Shown: positions 38,444 to 49,504 of the stretch, piece by piece | Numbering within the stretch: position 1 is the first letter of the stretch | Layout of the letters: every line of letters starts with the position of its first letter | Origin: Fidelibacterota bacterium | GTDB taxonomy: Bacteria; Fidelibacterota; Marinisomatia; Marinisomatales; TCS55 | Direction: 5' to 3' | DNA: 64,000 bases | Assembly (NCBI GenBank): GCA_014382015.1 | Contig: JACNKN010000055.1 | Span: forward strand, 3,268-67,267 | Notes under the pieces: model-generated | What the model saw: only the letters and a program-made list of their open reading frames with translations | Databases searched by the model: none | What the model was told of the DNA's origin: nothing | Program-made: the position numbers and the translations under genes

Positions 38444-39370
38444 ATGAATATCGTATTTATGGGCAATCCCATGATTGCCAATCCAATACTGATTGCACTC
38501 CATGAATCAAATCATCACATTTTGGGAGTGGTGAGCAATGCACCAAAACCCATGGGGCGGGGGCGTACATTAAAACATACGGCTGTGGGTGAATTAGCCA
38601 CAGAATTGAACCTTAATTTTATTCCTGCAGATTCTCTAAACGACAAATCATTCCAGACCAAATTAAAGTCATTAAACCCGGATTTATTTGTCGTGGTTGC
38701 TTTTAGGATTTTGCCAAAGGAAATTCTAAATATTCCAACCATCGGATCCGTAAATATTCATACATCATTATTGCCAGCATATAGAGGGGCAGCACCCATC
38801 CAACATGCATTATTAAATGGGGAAAAGAAAACAGGCATCACAACTTTTATGATTGAATCAAAGGTGGATACAGGATCAATACTATTACAGGAAAAAATTA
38901 AGATTGATAATGAAGATGATTGTGGATCTCTTACAGATAAAATGGCAGTAAATGGGGCGGCACTCATCCTAAAAACTTTGGATTATTTGGAAAAAGGAGA
39001 GGTTGAACTAAAATCTCAAGACAATGATTTGGCAACTGCTGCACCAAAAATATCCAAAGAAATGTGTAAAATTGATTGGTCTGTTTCGTCAAAAATCATC
39101 CATAATAAAGTCCGAGCATTATCGCCATTTCCAGGAGCGTACACAATGATGATGGGTAAAAGGTTGAAGATATTTCGAACAAAAATAATGAATGAAAACA
39201 GTACGTATTTTCCGGGTCAAATTTCATTGTTAGAGAAGAACAGAATGGCTATTTCTTGTAGTGACGGTCAATTGGAAATACTGGTAGTTCATCTTGAGGG
39301 AAAACGCAAAATGGATATGGCAGATTGCCTAAAAGGGATGCATGTCACCATTGGGGACCCCATCGGTTAA
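38444..39370 (+). CDS. fmt: methionyl-tRNA formyltransferase
   Basis: IVFMG, NIHTSLLPAYRGAAPIQHALLNGEKKTGIT. Follows def. Confidence 0.9.
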   Translation: MNIVFMGNPMIANPILIALHESNHHILGVVSNAPKPMGRGRTLKHTAVGELATELNLNFIPADSLNDKSFQTKLKSLNPDLFVVVAFRILPKEILNIPTIGSVNIHTSLLPAYRGAAPIQHALLNGEKKTGITTFMIESKVDTGSILLQEKIKIDNEDDCGSLTDKMAVNGAALILKTLDYLEKGEVELKSQDNDLATAAPKISKEMCKIDWSVSSKIIHNKVRALSPFPGAYTMMMGKRLKIFRTKIMNENSTYFPGQISLLEKNRMAISCSDGQLEILVVHLEGKRKMDMADCLKGMHVTIGDPIG

Positions 39371-39372
39371 AG

Positions 39373-40686
39373 ATGAAAGACGCTCGCTATCATGCATTTC
39401 ATATTTTAAAAAAATATTACCGGTCCAATGATCGGTTAAAGTCAGTGCGTGATCAATATTTTAAAAATAATAAATTACAGCAACAGGATATTTCGAGATC
39501 TTTGGTGTTGACAAACGAGGTTGTTCGATGGCAGGGTCGATTGGATTACTGGATCGAATTATTCTTAGATAAACCATTACATAAGTTACATCCATCTATA
39601 CATCTCATTTTGCGACTTGGGTTTTATGAAGCAGTCATGGATGAATTAATTCCCCAACATGCAGCCGTGCATTCATGGGTAGAATTCACCAAAAAGGAGT
39701 TAGGTAAAAAGTTCGGTGGGTTGGTGAATGCGCTCTTGAGAAAGACCAGTGCTATCGATCCTAATCAGAAAGATGAAAACCAATCACAATCAAAGTGGGT
39801 TTCATTTCCCGATTGGATTATCGAAAAATGGACAGATCAATTCGGTGGTGAACAAACCAATCAGCTATGTGAATATTTTAATAAGCCCTCTTACGTTGAT
39901 ATCCGACTGAATTGCGTGAATGAGTCTAAAGATTCGATTATAAGTCAATTAGGACATTTAGAAGTTAAATTCTCCCAAAGCCCCGAATCTGATTGTTTTA
40001 TCCGTGTGGCGTCCGGTCTTCGAAATGCGGTCAAAAGTGAATTATTTACAAAAGGTTTAATCCATGTCCAGGATCGCGCTTCCGGTGCGGTGGTCGAATT
40101 ATTAGATCCACAACCGGGTCATATTGTTTTAGATGTTTGTGCGGCACCGGGAACAAAATCCGGTTATATCGTTGAAAAAATAAAAAATGATGGCAAAATT
40201 TTAGCATCCGATATTAGCCAAGCCCGATTGGTGATTGGAGAAAAAAGGGCAGATGAATTAAAATGGCCCATTCAATGGAAAAGAAAAGATGCAAGTAAAG
40301 ATGATTTTCCCATGGCCGATCGAATTTTAATTGATGCACCCTGCACTGGCACTGGAGTGATGGCCAGACGTACAGATATCCGGTGGCGGAGGAATAAAGA
40401 TGATATGGAATCTATGGCCACAATTCAAAAAGCTATCATTAGTCACATGGCCAAATATTTAAAGCCGGGAGGCGTCATGGTTTATGCCACCTGTTCATTG
40501 GAAGTGGAAGAGAATTGGAATGTGGTAAAGTGGTTCCTTAAATTGAACGACAATTTCTGTATTGAATCTGGAAAAGATTTCGTGCCAAATGGCTGGCTGA
40601 ATGTGCAAAAATGTTTAGAAACATTTCCACCTCGGGATAAAGTCGATGGGTTGTTTGCTGCTCGAATTAAAAAAAATGATGAATAA
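39373..40686 (+). CDS. rsmB: 16S rRNA (cytosine967-C5)-methyltransferase
   Basis: NusB-like N-terminus. DVCAAPGTKS, IDAPCTGTGV and VYATCS motifs. The ATG at 39373 follows the fmt stop (ORF track: 39325). Confidence 0.85.
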   Translation: MKDARYHAFHILKKYYRSNDRLKSVRDQYFKNNKLQQQDISRSLVLTNEVVRWQGRLDYWIELFLDKPLHKLHPSIHLILRLGFYEAVMDELIPQHAAVHSWVEFTKKELGKKFGGLVNALLRKTSAIDPNQKDENQSQSKWVSFPDWIIEKWTDQFGGEQTNQLCEYFNKPSYVDIRLNCVNESKDSIISQLGHLEVKFSQSPESDCFIRVASGLRNAVKSELFTKGLIHVQDRASGAVVELLDPQPGHIVLDVCAAPGTKSGYIVEKIKNDGKILASDISQARLVIGEKRADELKWPIQWKRKDASKDDFPMADRILIDAPCTGTGVMARRTDIRWRRNKDDMESMATIQKAIISHMAKYLKPGGVMVYATCSLEVEENWNVVKWFLKLNDNFCIESGKDFVPNGWLNVQKCLETFPPRDKVDGLFAARIKKNDE

Positions 40687-41437
40687 AATTATACAATTTT
40701 TACTTGCTTTCGGTATCGTCTCCCTTTCATTAATTTTATTATTTGATTGGTTTGTGATGCCATCCTATGTCCGTCAGGACAAAACTTTAATTGTGACAGA
40801 TATCATGGGAAAAAGTCTAAATAGAGCCCTGGTTGAATTGGAAACGGAAGGATATAAAGGTGTCGTATATGATACGGTTTATACAGCTGCGGTTGACCCT
40901 CAAACTGTGGTAGATCAATATCCCGTCGCCGGAGCTAAAGTAAAGCCGGGGCGGACAATTCGATTGAAAATTGCCAGACCGGAAAAATTGATCATAGTTC
41001 CAAATTTAGTCGGTCAATCCCGAAGGAGTGCAGAAATATCTCTTCAGCAAATTGGGCTTAGAATCGATACGGTATATACTGAATTCAATCCTGATTATCC
41101 GAAAGGAACGGTTGCCTGGCAGTTTCCTAAATCAGGAGATCATATTAAAAAAGGCCTTGGCCTTCAAATAACTGTCAGCCAGGGATTACCACCAGACTTT
41201 TTTCAAGTCCCCCAATTATTCGGTTTGAGTTTGAAAAAAGCAAAAGAATCATTAATGAATGCGCGATTAAAAGTGGGTAAAATATCCTACCAACAAAATG
41301 AAGATTTGGTCCCATATACTGTATTGGATCAATCCATCTCACCCGGTACTGTTCTGGATCAAACGATTCAAGTTGACATCGTTGTGAGTATTTTAGATTT
41401 GCAGGATATTTTTGACAATCTTTCCATTCAAAAATGA
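40676..41437 (+). CDS. membrane-anchored protein with three PASTA repeats and no kinase or PBP domain
   Basis: N-terminal TM helix, then three PASTA-like units of about 65 aa: VTDIMGKSLNRALVELE..., VPNLVGQSRRSAEISLQ..., VPQLFGLSLKKAKESLM... ATG at 40676 (ORF track: 40646). Confidence 0.75.
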   Translation: MMNKIIQFLLAFGIVSLSLILLFDWFVMPSYVRQDKTLIVTDIMGKSLNRALVELETEGYKGVVYDTVYTAAVDPQTVVDQYPVAGAKVKPGRTIRLKIARPEKLIIVPNLVGQSRRSAEISLQQIGLRIDTVYTEFNPDYPKGTVAWQFPKSGDHIKKGLGLQITVSQGLPPDFFQVPQLFGLSLKKAKESLMNARLKVGKISYQQNEDLVPYTVLDQSISPGTVLDQTIQVDIVVSILDLQDIFDNLSIQK

Positions 41438-42018
41438 TTCCATTTAACGAATATATTCGAAAATTAATCCACTTATTGAATCTGGCAATTCCCTTTTCTT
41501 ATCTTTATGTTTTTCCTGAAAAATGGGTATTTGTCGCCTTACTATCGGTCCTAACGGTCTTAGCAATTCTGATGGATGTTTTACGGCATAAGGTAAGCTG
41601 GATCAAGTCCTTTTTTAATCAATATTTTGGATTCATGCTCAGGAGTCATGAAGAGGAAGGAAAACTAACCGGTGCAACGTGGGTCATGATTGGTGCCGTT
41701 ATATCTATCATGATATTCTCGAAACCCGTGGCCATCATTGCACTTATTTTTATGAGCCTTGGGGATACGGCTGCAGGTTTAATAGGTCAGCGGTTTGGAA
41801 AACATAAAATATGGGATAAATCCTGGGAGGGATTTTTCGGTGGTTTAATCGTTTGTGTAATTATTGCTTTGAATTATTCATCGTTGCCTCTGACCGTTTC
41901 ATTGGGAGGCGCCTTTGCGGCAATGGTTATGGAAATTGTGCCGATTCCATTGGATGATAATTTTAAAATTCCATTGGGAGCAGGTGCAATTATGATGATG
42001 CTCTCGACGCCCATCTAA
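41434..42018 (+). CDS. polyprenol/dolichol-kinase-like membrane protein (CTP-transferase-1 superfamily)
   Basis: Polytopic. SLGDTAAGLIGQRFGKHKIWDKSWEG resembles the dolichol/phytol kinase signature. Confidence 0.5.
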   Translation: MIPFNEYIRKLIHLLNLAIPFSYLYVFPEKWVFVALLSVLTVLAILMDVLRHKVSWIKSFFNQYFGFMLRSHEEEGKLTGATWVMIGAVISIMIFSKPVAIIALIFMSLGDTAAGLIGQRFGKHKIWDKSWEGFFGGLIVCVIIALNYSSLPLTVSLGGAFAAMVMEIVPIPLDDNFKIPLGAGAIMMMLSTPI

Positions 42019-44072
42019 TGTCTTTTTTATTTCCGTCGATGTTATGGGGATTGGCTGCCGTATCCATTCCACTAATTATACACCTCATTAGTCTTAGGCA
42101 TACAAAAATAGTTGACTTTTCTTCCATTCGCCATATCAAGGCATTAGAAAATGAAACCATTCGGAAATTAAAAATCCGACAATGGATATTAATCGTACTA
42201 CGAATGGGAATCATAACCGCACTGGTTCTAATGGTTTCTGGACCAATTCTGAATAACGATTCACCTTGGATTCCCAGTGAGAATGAATCTACTATTGTCA
42301 TCATCATTGATAATTCGGCGAGTATGGCAGTAACAAGGGATAGACAATCCTATCTAGATAAAGTAAAATCTGAACTACCCAAATTAGTTGCCAGTTTTGA
42401 TGGATTAGTGAATCTTCAAGTGTATCAAACAACGCCTGTTAAACTAATTTATGATGATATTATAGAAGAGGGCATGGCTATTAATCCGGCAAATTGGAAT
42501 ATTCCCCAAACTGTTGGGAGAGATAAAATATGGTTTGTTGTGGATTCAGTATTGAAATCTGTAACCAATGCCTCGGTTAATAAAGAGTGTTATATTTTAA
42601 GTGACTTTCCCATTACACCACCATCCAATTTCAGTACAGATTTTAAGGATTGGCAATTTTACTTCATCGGTCAGGAACCATTGTCGGACAATGTGTCTAT
42701 TTCTAATATATCAGCTGTCAGCCAAATTAAACTTCCCAATCATTTATTAAAACTCAATACTAAAATTGAAAATATGGGACCGATTGAACGGCGCAATATT
42801 CCTGTGGAATTATACATCAATGATGAACGAGTTGGACAAATTGTATCTCATTTTCAACCCAAAAAAAGTAAAGATTTTTTATTTCAGGTTTATCCAGGGA
42901 AAAGCGGCGTTATCCGGGGAAAATTAGTCATATCCAAAGATGATTATTCTTTTGACGATATCCAGACATTTGAATTGACCATTCCGGAGCAAATTTCATG
43001 CAAAGTGATTGCGAATTCTCAGGATAATTTATTTATGCTGAAAACGGTATTAGAAGCTATAAGCGGCAAGGATCGGTTTTTAGATATTGAATTAAAAGTA
43101 ATGGATAATATTCATCGTGTTTATCTGGATGAAACAGATGTGTTGATTCTTCAAGATCCGAAGCATTTAACTGCATCAGCGATTGAATCCTTGAAAAGAT
43201 TTTTAGGCCGAGGCGGCAGTATCCTTTGGTTCTCGGGTGAAAATTATTCGGAATTAAATTCTATAACCCAATCGAATTTAAAGTTACCTAAATTTATAGA
43301 AACAGTTCGGGTAACAGGCGAGTCTTATTTTTCTGTTGATGTAACCGATAGGGAAAACCCTATTTTGCAGGAATTAAACTTGAGAGATGTTTCGTCGGCT
43401 CTCCCTCAGGTTTATCAATATAATAAAATTGAAAATCAAACGGGCCAGAAAAATATTTTAACTATAAATAATAATGATCCATATTTTATTGAAATTCCAC
43501 ATTCAGGTAGCCAAATTTATTATTTCACATCACCGTTAGATCTTAGGTGGAATGATTTTGGTATGAAGGGACTCCTCATTCCATTAATTCATCGGCTGCT
43601 TATTTTGTCTGCAACGAACGAAATCAATACGTCAATGGTTGAGGTTGGACAGGAAAAATATATTAAGATTAAAAAAGAACTCATCAATAAAAAATGGTCT
43701 TTACGCACACCTTCCGGAAATAAGATTCTTGTGGTTCCCGACTATAATCGGGAAGCACTTATTATCAGTAAAATCCAGGAATTGGGTTCATACGAAGTAT
43801 TTGCAGGAGACGAATTCTATACAGCATTTTCATCAAAATTATCCCCATTTGAAAAACCAAGTTTGCGTGCTCGGGAGGATCAAGTTATTTCTATCCTGGG
43901 GAAAAGGCGATCTGTCTGGATACGTCCCGGTGTAAATATAAAAGAGGTTATATCTACTCAAAGGCAGGGAAGGGCGTTATGGCGATCTTTCTTGATTATA
44001 GCCATTGCCTGTATGTTATTGGAATCCTATTTAAGCCGCATGAAGCCGGAAGCAAAAAAATTGAAATCATAA
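42018..44072 (+). CDS. BatA-N-terminal-domain membrane protein with a vWA-like MIDAS segment
   Basis: N-terminal double-TM motif FPSMLWGLAAVSIPLIIHL. IIIDNSASMA (DxSxS). C-terminal TM helix. Confidence 0.65.
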   Translation: MSFLFPSMLWGLAAVSIPLIIHLISLRHTKIVDFSSIRHIKALENETIRKLKIRQWILIVLRMGIITALVLMVSGPILNNDSPWIPSENESTIVIIIDNSASMAVTRDRQSYLDKVKSELPKLVASFDGLVNLQVYQTTPVKLIYDDIIEEGMAINPANWNIPQTVGRDKIWFVVDSVLKSVTNASVNKECYILSDFPITPPSNFSTDFKDWQFYFIGQEPLSDNVSISNISAVSQIKLPNHLLKLNTKIENMGPIERRNIPVELYINDERVGQIVSHFQPKKSKDFLFQVYPGKSGVIRGKLVISKDDYSFDDIQTFELTIPEQISCKVIANSQDNLFMLKTVLEAISGKDRFLDIELKVMDNIHRVYLDETDVLILQDPKHLTASAIESLKRFLGRGGSILWFSGENYSELNSITQSNLKLPKFIETVRVTGESYFSVDVTDRENPILQELNLRDVSSALPQVYQYNKIENQTGQKNILTINNNDPYFIEIPHSGSQIYYFTSPLDLRWNDFGMKGLLIPLIHRLLILSATNEINTSMVEVGQEKYIKIKKELINKKWSLRTPSGNKILVVPDYNREALIISKIQELGSYEVFAGDEFYTAFSSKLSPFEKPSLRAREDQVISILGKRRSVWIRPGVNIKEVISTQRQGRALWRSFLIIAIACMLLESYLSRMKPEAKKLKS

Positions 44073-45340
44073 TGGATAGTCCAAAAATAAAACAGAAAGA
44101 AAAATCGCTGTTGGTGGGGGTAATTCATGGCGAATTAGATCAGAATACAGTGGATGAACATTTGGAAGAATTAAAACTATTGGCAGAAACGGCTGGGGCA
44201 GAAGTGGTGGGGAATGTTACCCAAAAATTATCACGGATTAATCCATCATATTTTATCGGGTCTGGAAAGGCAGAGCAGATTATTGTCCAGGCAAAAGAAT
44301 TAGGTGTATCGCTCATTATTTTTGATGATGAACTCAGTCCGGGGCAGATTAAGAATTATACCAATCTCACTGAAGAAGTAAAAGTGATTGATCGCAGCGG
44401 TTTGATTCTGGATATTTTTAGGCAGCACGCTCAGACAAAAGAAGCAAAAACCCAGGTTGAATTGGCACAATTAGAATATATGTTGCCGCGACTCACTCGG
44501 GCATGGACGCATTTAGAAAGGCAAATGGGTGGTATTGGAACTCGTGCCGGTGCCGGTGAAACTCAAATTGAGGTAGATCGCCGCCTAATCCGAACGCGCA
44601 TATCAAAATTAAAAAGAGAATTGGAGAAAATAGAGCGGGAAAGAAATACGCAAAGTAAACGGCGTGGGAATCAATTTAAGGTCGCATTGGTGGGATACAC
44701 CAATGCAGGGAAATCAACATTAATGAAAGCGATATCAGGTGCAGATGTATTTATTCAGGATCAGTTATTTGCCACGTTGGATACGACGGTACGCTCTGTT
44801 GAGTTGGATAGTTCACATTCAATATTGTTGAGTGATACGGTGGGATTTGTTCGGAAACTGCCTCATCATTTGGTGGCAAGTTTTCGGAGTACATTAAAGG
44901 AGGTCGTTGATGCAGATTTGATTTTACTGGTTTTAGATTCATCCAGTAGTCAGGTTGAAGATCATTTTATTACAATTATGGAGGTATTAAAAGAACTGGG
45001 TGCTGATCGGCAACAAATGCAAATCGTATTCAATAAAATTGACCGGTATGGGGCTGAAGAAAATCATAACTATTTAAAGAGAAAATTTTCCGATGGAATC
45101 TATATATCTGCATTAAAAACCTTACGAATGGATAAACTCTCTGAGAGAATCATTGAAGTTATGGATGAAAATTTTCAAATCGTTGACCTTCAGTTTTCCT
45201 ACAAAGATTCTAAAGAAATAGCTTTGGCTCAAGAGGGGGTGGATGTGTTAGAACGGAATTACGACGATGATTGTGTCCGGTTAAAGATAAAAGGGGCTCG
45301 TTGGCGGATTAACCAAATTCAAGCTGCCATGGTGAAATAA
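44072..45340 (+). CDS. hflX: GTPase HflX
   Basis: The ATG at 44072 overlaps the upstream TAA (ORF track: 43979). HflX N-domain, G1 GYTNAGKSTL, G3 DTVGF, G4 NKID. Confidence 0.9.
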   Translation: MDSPKIKQKEKSLLVGVIHGELDQNTVDEHLEELKLLAETAGAEVVGNVTQKLSRINPSYFIGSGKAEQIIVQAKELGVSLIIFDDELSPGQIKNYTNLTEEVKVIDRSGLILDIFRQHAQTKEAKTQVELAQLEYMLPRLTRAWTHLERQMGGIGTRAGAGETQIEVDRRLIRTRISKLKRELEKIERERNTQSKRRGNQFKVALVGYTNAGKSTLMKAISGADVFIQDQLFATLDTTVRSVELDSSHSILLSDTVGFVRKLPHHLVASFRSTLKEVVDADLILLVLDSSSSQVEDHFITIMEVLKELGADRQQMQIVFNKIDRYGAEENHNYLKRKFSDGIYISALKTLRMDKLSERIIEVMDENFQIVDLQFSYKDSKEIALAQEGVDVLERNYDDDCVRLKIKGARWRINQIQAAMVK

Positions 45341-45397
45341 AAAACCCCCGATCCATCTTTATTTTAAAAAGAATGGCAAGATTCGAGGGTTTTTTTA
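45341..45397 (+). terminator. intrinsic-terminator-like imperfect hairpin with a T-run after hflX
   Basis: aaaaccccc-g (45341-45350) pairs with cgagggtttt (45384-45393). Inner atctt/aagat pairs, followed by ttttttt. Confidence 0.5.
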
Positions 45398-45401
45398 ATG
45401 A

Positions 45402-45578
45402 TCTTACTTCAGACCCGATTTCAAGGATCCGTTTAACACGGTAGAGGCCTCTGCTTTCAGCAAACTTCCTTTATCCCATCTCGATAAATCGGGACAGAAA
45501 AGGCCTGTTTTTTGACTTCAGAAGGTTATCTCAAGGATCATTTCTTGAAGATCCTGAAATTCAAAGACTGAAGTAAGA
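45402..45578. repeat. long imperfect inverted repeat enclosing about 120 nt in a convergent intergenic region
   Basis: tcttacttcagacccgatttcaaggatc (45402-45429) is largely complementary to gatcctgaaattcaaagactgaagtaaga (45550-45578). The outermost 11 nt are perfect. Confidence 0.6.
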
Positions 45579-45645
45579 ATTCTTAAATAGCTACCTAAGT
45601 TTACACATATTATTTTATATGTTTCAAGAAGAGTCGGGATCTATT

Positions 45646-46926
45646 TTATTCGGAAATTTGACCTTCAGTAGAAGCCACCGCCACCGCCACGCTCGCATCA
45701 CCGGTGACATTGGTTACGGTTCGCATCATATCTAAGATTCGATCTACGCCTAAAATTAAGGCAATCCCCGCGCTTGGGACACCAATAGCTTCGAGGATAA
45801 TAATCAGCATAATAATTCCAGCGCCAGGTACAGCCGCCGTTCCGATTGACGCGAGTACGGCTGTGAGCACAATAGTAAGTTGTGCGCCTAGGGTCAGATC
45901 CATTCCCAACGTTTGAGCGATAAATACGGCGGCAACCGCCTGATAAAGAGCGGTACCATCCATGTTAATCGTCGCCCCTAGAGGAAGTACAAATGAAGAG
46001 ACCTCTTCGGAAACGCCTAACTCATCTTCACATCTTTCCATAGTAACTGGGAGCGTAGCTCCACTGGAACTGGTGGAAAATGCCAGAAGTTGGGCTGGTG
46101 CGATGCCCTTGTAAAACTTTTTTAATGACATCTTTGAAAATATTTTTAACACGGCGGTATAGGTGAACAACATTTGAATGACCAACCCGATTATCACTGC
46201 CATCATATAAAACCCAAGGGCACTAAGTAATTCCAAAACATTACTGAGATTATCCCCTGCCACGGATGTAATTGTATCGGCAATGAGTGCAAACACGCCC
46301 ATAGGTGCCATCAACATAATATTATCAACAAGTTTGATAACAAGGTCGTTAATTCCTTCCATAAAATCTAACACTGGCCTTGCCTTTTCTTTGGGGATTT
46401 GAATGAGAGCAATCCCCATGAGAATGGCAACAAAAACAACTTGAAGCATATTCCGATTATTGGATGCAGAACTAAAGAAATTACTGGGTACCATATCAAC
46501 GACTGGCTGGAGAGGCCTTCTTTCTTTCACTTGGTCTGCCGCTTCCATTTTACCCGATGCAGCTGATTGATAAGTATTCTGAAGTTTAACCTTCATATTT
46601 TCAGGTACGGTGTCCCCAGGCTTTAATAGGTTTACAGAAACTAAACCAATAGTAACAGAAATGGCAGTAGTCGCAATATATATTGTAATTGTTTTTCCAC
46701 CAATTCGAGACAACTTTTTCAGGTCTGAAAGGGACGCCACTCCAGTAATTAAAGATGATAATACCAGTGGTACGGCAATTAATTTTAATAAGTTTATAAA
46801 TATTATACCGAAGGGTGCTATCCAGTTTGTGGTAAATCCGCCCCAACCATTTGCTGCGGCGAAGACGCCATAAATGAGTCCAAGGACAAGTCCGATAATA
46901 ATTTTCCAGTGTAATTCAAGTTTCAT
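45646..46926 (-). CDS. dicarboxylate/amino acid:cation symporter (DAACS family)
   Basis: 426 aa, about 8 TM plus re-entrant loops. SSSGATLP, GATINMDGTALYQ and VDRILDMMRTVTNVTGD motifs of GltP/GltT-type carriers. Confidence 0.85.
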   Translation of the reverse strand: MKLELHWKIIIGLVLGLIYGVFAAANGWGGFTTNWIAPFGIIFINLLKLIAVPLVLSSLITGVASLSDLKKLSRIGGKTITIYIATTAISVTIGLVSVNLLKPGDTVPENMKVKLQNTYQSAASGKMEAADQVKERRPLQPVVDMVPSNFFSSASNNRNMLQVVFVAILMGIALIQIPKEKARPVLDFMEGINDLVIKLVDNIMLMAPMGVFALIADTITSVAGDNLSNVLELLSALGFYMMAVIIGLVIQMLFTYTAVLKIFSKMSLKKFYKGIAPAQLLAFSTSSSGATLPVTMERCEDELGVSEEVSSFVLPLGATINMDGTALYQAVAAVFIAQTLGMDLTLGAQLTIVLTAVLASIGTAAVPGAGIIMLIIILEAIGVPSAGIALILGVDRILDMMRTVTNVTGDASVAVAVASTEGQISE

Positions 46927-47080
46927 GATTTCTCTTATTTGTTTATGTTAATGTACCAGCCACCAAGACTCAAAGGCACGAAGGGTTTACAGAAAAAATA
47001 AAGGAAGCAATATTTTGATTCATAGATGACTCTAAAATTCATATAAATATTTCGTGTGGCCTCCTCATGCATTTCTCAAT

Positions 47081-47290
47081 TCAGGATTTTTGATTTGATT
47101 CTTTCTGTTTTTTGATTTCATTGTATTTGTTAAAGTAAGCATCCCCGACTGAAGAAAAAAAGCCCAATAGTCTATTTTTCTTTCCACCCTTTTCATCTAC
47201 CCGCTGAATGGCCGAATGGGCTGCTGAATCAATCAAATCCTGAATATGAGCGAATAATTCACCTACTCGGCGTGATAATGGCTTATTCAT
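47081..47290 (-). CDS. small hypothetical protein (69 aa)
   Basis: Same strand as the upstream thioredoxin-domain gene, with an 8-nt overlap. Amphipathic and Lys-rich, with no recognisable motif. Coding status uncertain. Confidence 0.3.
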   Translation of the reverse strand: MNKPLSRRVGELFAHIQDLIDSAAHSAIQRVDEKGGKKNRLLGFFSSVGDAYFNKYNEIKKQKESNQKS

Positions 47291-49454
47291 GGATAAATCT
47301 TAATGCTTGTTCAATATCGGTTGTTGGTATTTTACAGGCAAAATCCTGACAAACATAAAATGTAGTCTTATCATCTATCGTTTCTTGTGAATCGGTCCAC
47401 CTCGCTAAAGTGGAAAGCTCAGAATTTTGATGATCCAAATCCTTAAAAAGAAGAACTTTTCCTGGAATATATTCAGATCTGATCCTGTCAAGCGCAGCCT
47501 GGGTGTCCGAATCACTTCCTGAACCCACAACGACAATTTCTTTTGGATGATCCAATTCAAATAAGAATGCCGTCACCATGGAAGTATATCCTGTTGGCGT
47601 TCTTTTTATTTCATTTGAGAATACTTTAAATGTTTTATCGGCCATCTCCGCCCATTTTACTTCTCCGGTGATCCGTGTCAATTTAAGCAGGTTCATGGCA
47701 GCGATGGAATTGCCGGATGGTATAGCTCCGTCATAACCGGTCATGGCGCGAACAATTAATTTTTCTGCTTGATTACTGCCTAAATAAAAGCCTCCGCTGG
47801 ATTCATTCCAAAATTCCGAAACCATAGTTTCGCTCAGTTGAATGGCATTTTTGAGGTATTCAATTTTAAATGTTGCCTCGTAGAGTTCTAATAATCCCCA
47901 GATGAAAAATGCATAATCGTCCAAATGGGCGTCCAGCCCTGATTTCCCATTGCGATAACGCTTTTGCAATCGGCCTTTTTTATCCATTAGGTTATTAAAA
48001 ATGAACTTGGCACTTTTTTCGGCGGATTCAATAAGTACTTTATCTTGGAAAGCCACACCTGCTTTGGCCATAGATGCAATCATTAACCCATTCCAATCTG
48101 TAAGAATTTTATCATCTTTTAACGGGTGAATTCGTTTTTCTCTCACAGTAAATAGTTTTTCACGTATCTTAGATATTTTTTCGAGATCTTTTAAATTTGA
48201 GATGGGTGACTTCAAATGGAAGATATTTTTCCCAGTTGATTGACGGGATACTTCATCCTTAAAATTTCCATCGGATGTTAAATTAAATGTACTTTGGATA
48301 AATTTGGTATCTTCCTCACCTAAAATAGATTTTAATTCTTGGGTGGTCCATACGTAAAAAAGGCCTTCTTCTCCTTCGCTGTCCGCATCTTCAGCCGAGT
48401 AGAATCCACCATCCGTATCCGTCATATCACGTTTGACATAAGTTAAAATTTCTTCAGCTGTTTTTTGATATACGGAGTTCCCTGTGATCTGAAATGCCTC
48501 GATATATGCCATGACCAGCATGGCTTGGTCATATAGCATTTTTTCAAAATGAGGGACTAGCCATTCTTTATCAGTAGAATAGCGGTGAAACCCATATCCC
48601 ACATGATCAAAAATTCCGCCCAACCGCATTTCTTGCAATGTTTTTTCAACCATTTTTAGTGCCGTTTTATCTTCCGTCATATGATGATATCGAAGTAGAT
48701 ATACTAAGTTATGAGGAGAGGGAAATTTTGGTTGTGTGCCAAAACCGCCATGGCTTTTATCATAACGATTTACAAATTGGGAATAAGTTTCTTTCAATAT
48801 GGCTTCTGCTAGCGGGTTTCCCAATTTTTTTGTATTCGAATTCAACAGGTATTCATTAATCCTTTCAGCCGATTGGACTAACTCTGCCCGTTTGTTTTTC
48901 CATGCATCCGCAATAGAAGGAAGGAGGTCTGTCATCCCAGGACGACCGAAGCGACCATTTTTGGGAAAATACGTTCCGGCAAAAAATGGCTCTTTATCCG
49001 GTGTCATGATAATGGTAAGAGGCCACCCGCCACGACCGGTCATAGCTTGGCAGACAGACATATAAACGTGATCAATCTCAGGCAGCTCTTCCCGATCCAC
49101 TTTGATGGAAATAAAATTTTCATTCAACAGTTGGGCCACTTGTTCATCTTCAAACGATTCGTGGGCCATCACATGGCACCAATGACAGGTGGAATATCCA
49201 ATGGAAAGAAAGATAGGCCTGTCTAATTCCGCCGCTTTTTGAAATGCTTCATCTCCCCAGGGATACCAATCTACCGGATTATTTTTATGTTGAAGTAAAT
49301 AGGGACTCGACGATTCTGCCAATCGATTCACGTACTTTTCCTTTTGGTTGGATTCGTTATGATTGGGTTGACCCCATAGATGTGGAATCAGTCCAAATAA
49401 AATCGTAATGGAAATTAAATGTTTTAAATTGATGCTGATGCTTGTATTTCGCAT
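47283..49454 (-). CDS. secreted thioredoxin-domain protein of the YyaL/DUF255 family (six-hairpin glycosidase-like C-terminal part)
   Basis: Signal peptide. [26 protein letters not shown] and FGRPGM motifs. 723 aa. Confidence 0.8.
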   Translation of the reverse strand: MRNTSISINLKHLISITILFGLIPHLWGQPNHNESNQKEKYVNRLAESSSPYLLQHKNNPVDWYPWGDEAFQKAAELDRPIFLSIGYSTCHWCHVMAHESFEDEQVAQLLNENFISIKVDREELPEIDHVYMSVCQAMTGRGGWPLTIIMTPDKEPFFAGTYFPKNGRFGRPGMTDLLPSIADAWKNKRAELVQSAERINEYLLNSNTKKLGNPLAEAILKETYSQFVNRYDKSHGGFGTQPKFPSPHNLVYLLRYHHMTEDKTALKMVEKTLQEMRLGGIFDHVGYGFHRYSTDKEWLVPHFEKMLYDQAMLVMAYIEAFQITGNSVYQKTAEEILTYVKRDMTDTDGGFYSAEDADSEGEEGLFYVWTTQELKSILGEEDTKFIQSTFNLTSDGNFKDEVSRQSTGKNIFHLKSPISNLKDLEKISKIREKLFTVREKRIHPLKDDKILTDWNGLMIASMAKAGVAFQDKVLIESAEKSAKFIFNNLMDKKGRLQKRYRNGKSGLDAHLDDYAFFIWGLLELYEATFKIEYLKNAIQLSETMVSEFWNESSGGFYLGSNQAEKLIVRAMTGYDGAIPSGNSIAAMNLLKLTRITGEVKWAEMADKTFKVFSNEIKRTPTGYTSMVTAFLFELDHPKEIVVVGSGSDSDTQAALDRIRSEYIPGKVLLFKDLDHQNSELSTLARWTDSQETIDDKTTFYVCQDFACKIPTTDIEQALRFIHE

Positions 49455-49504
49455 GGTGTAAAATTAATTTCATTGCTCCAAGTTAACCAAGTCAGAAGCA
49501 ACAT

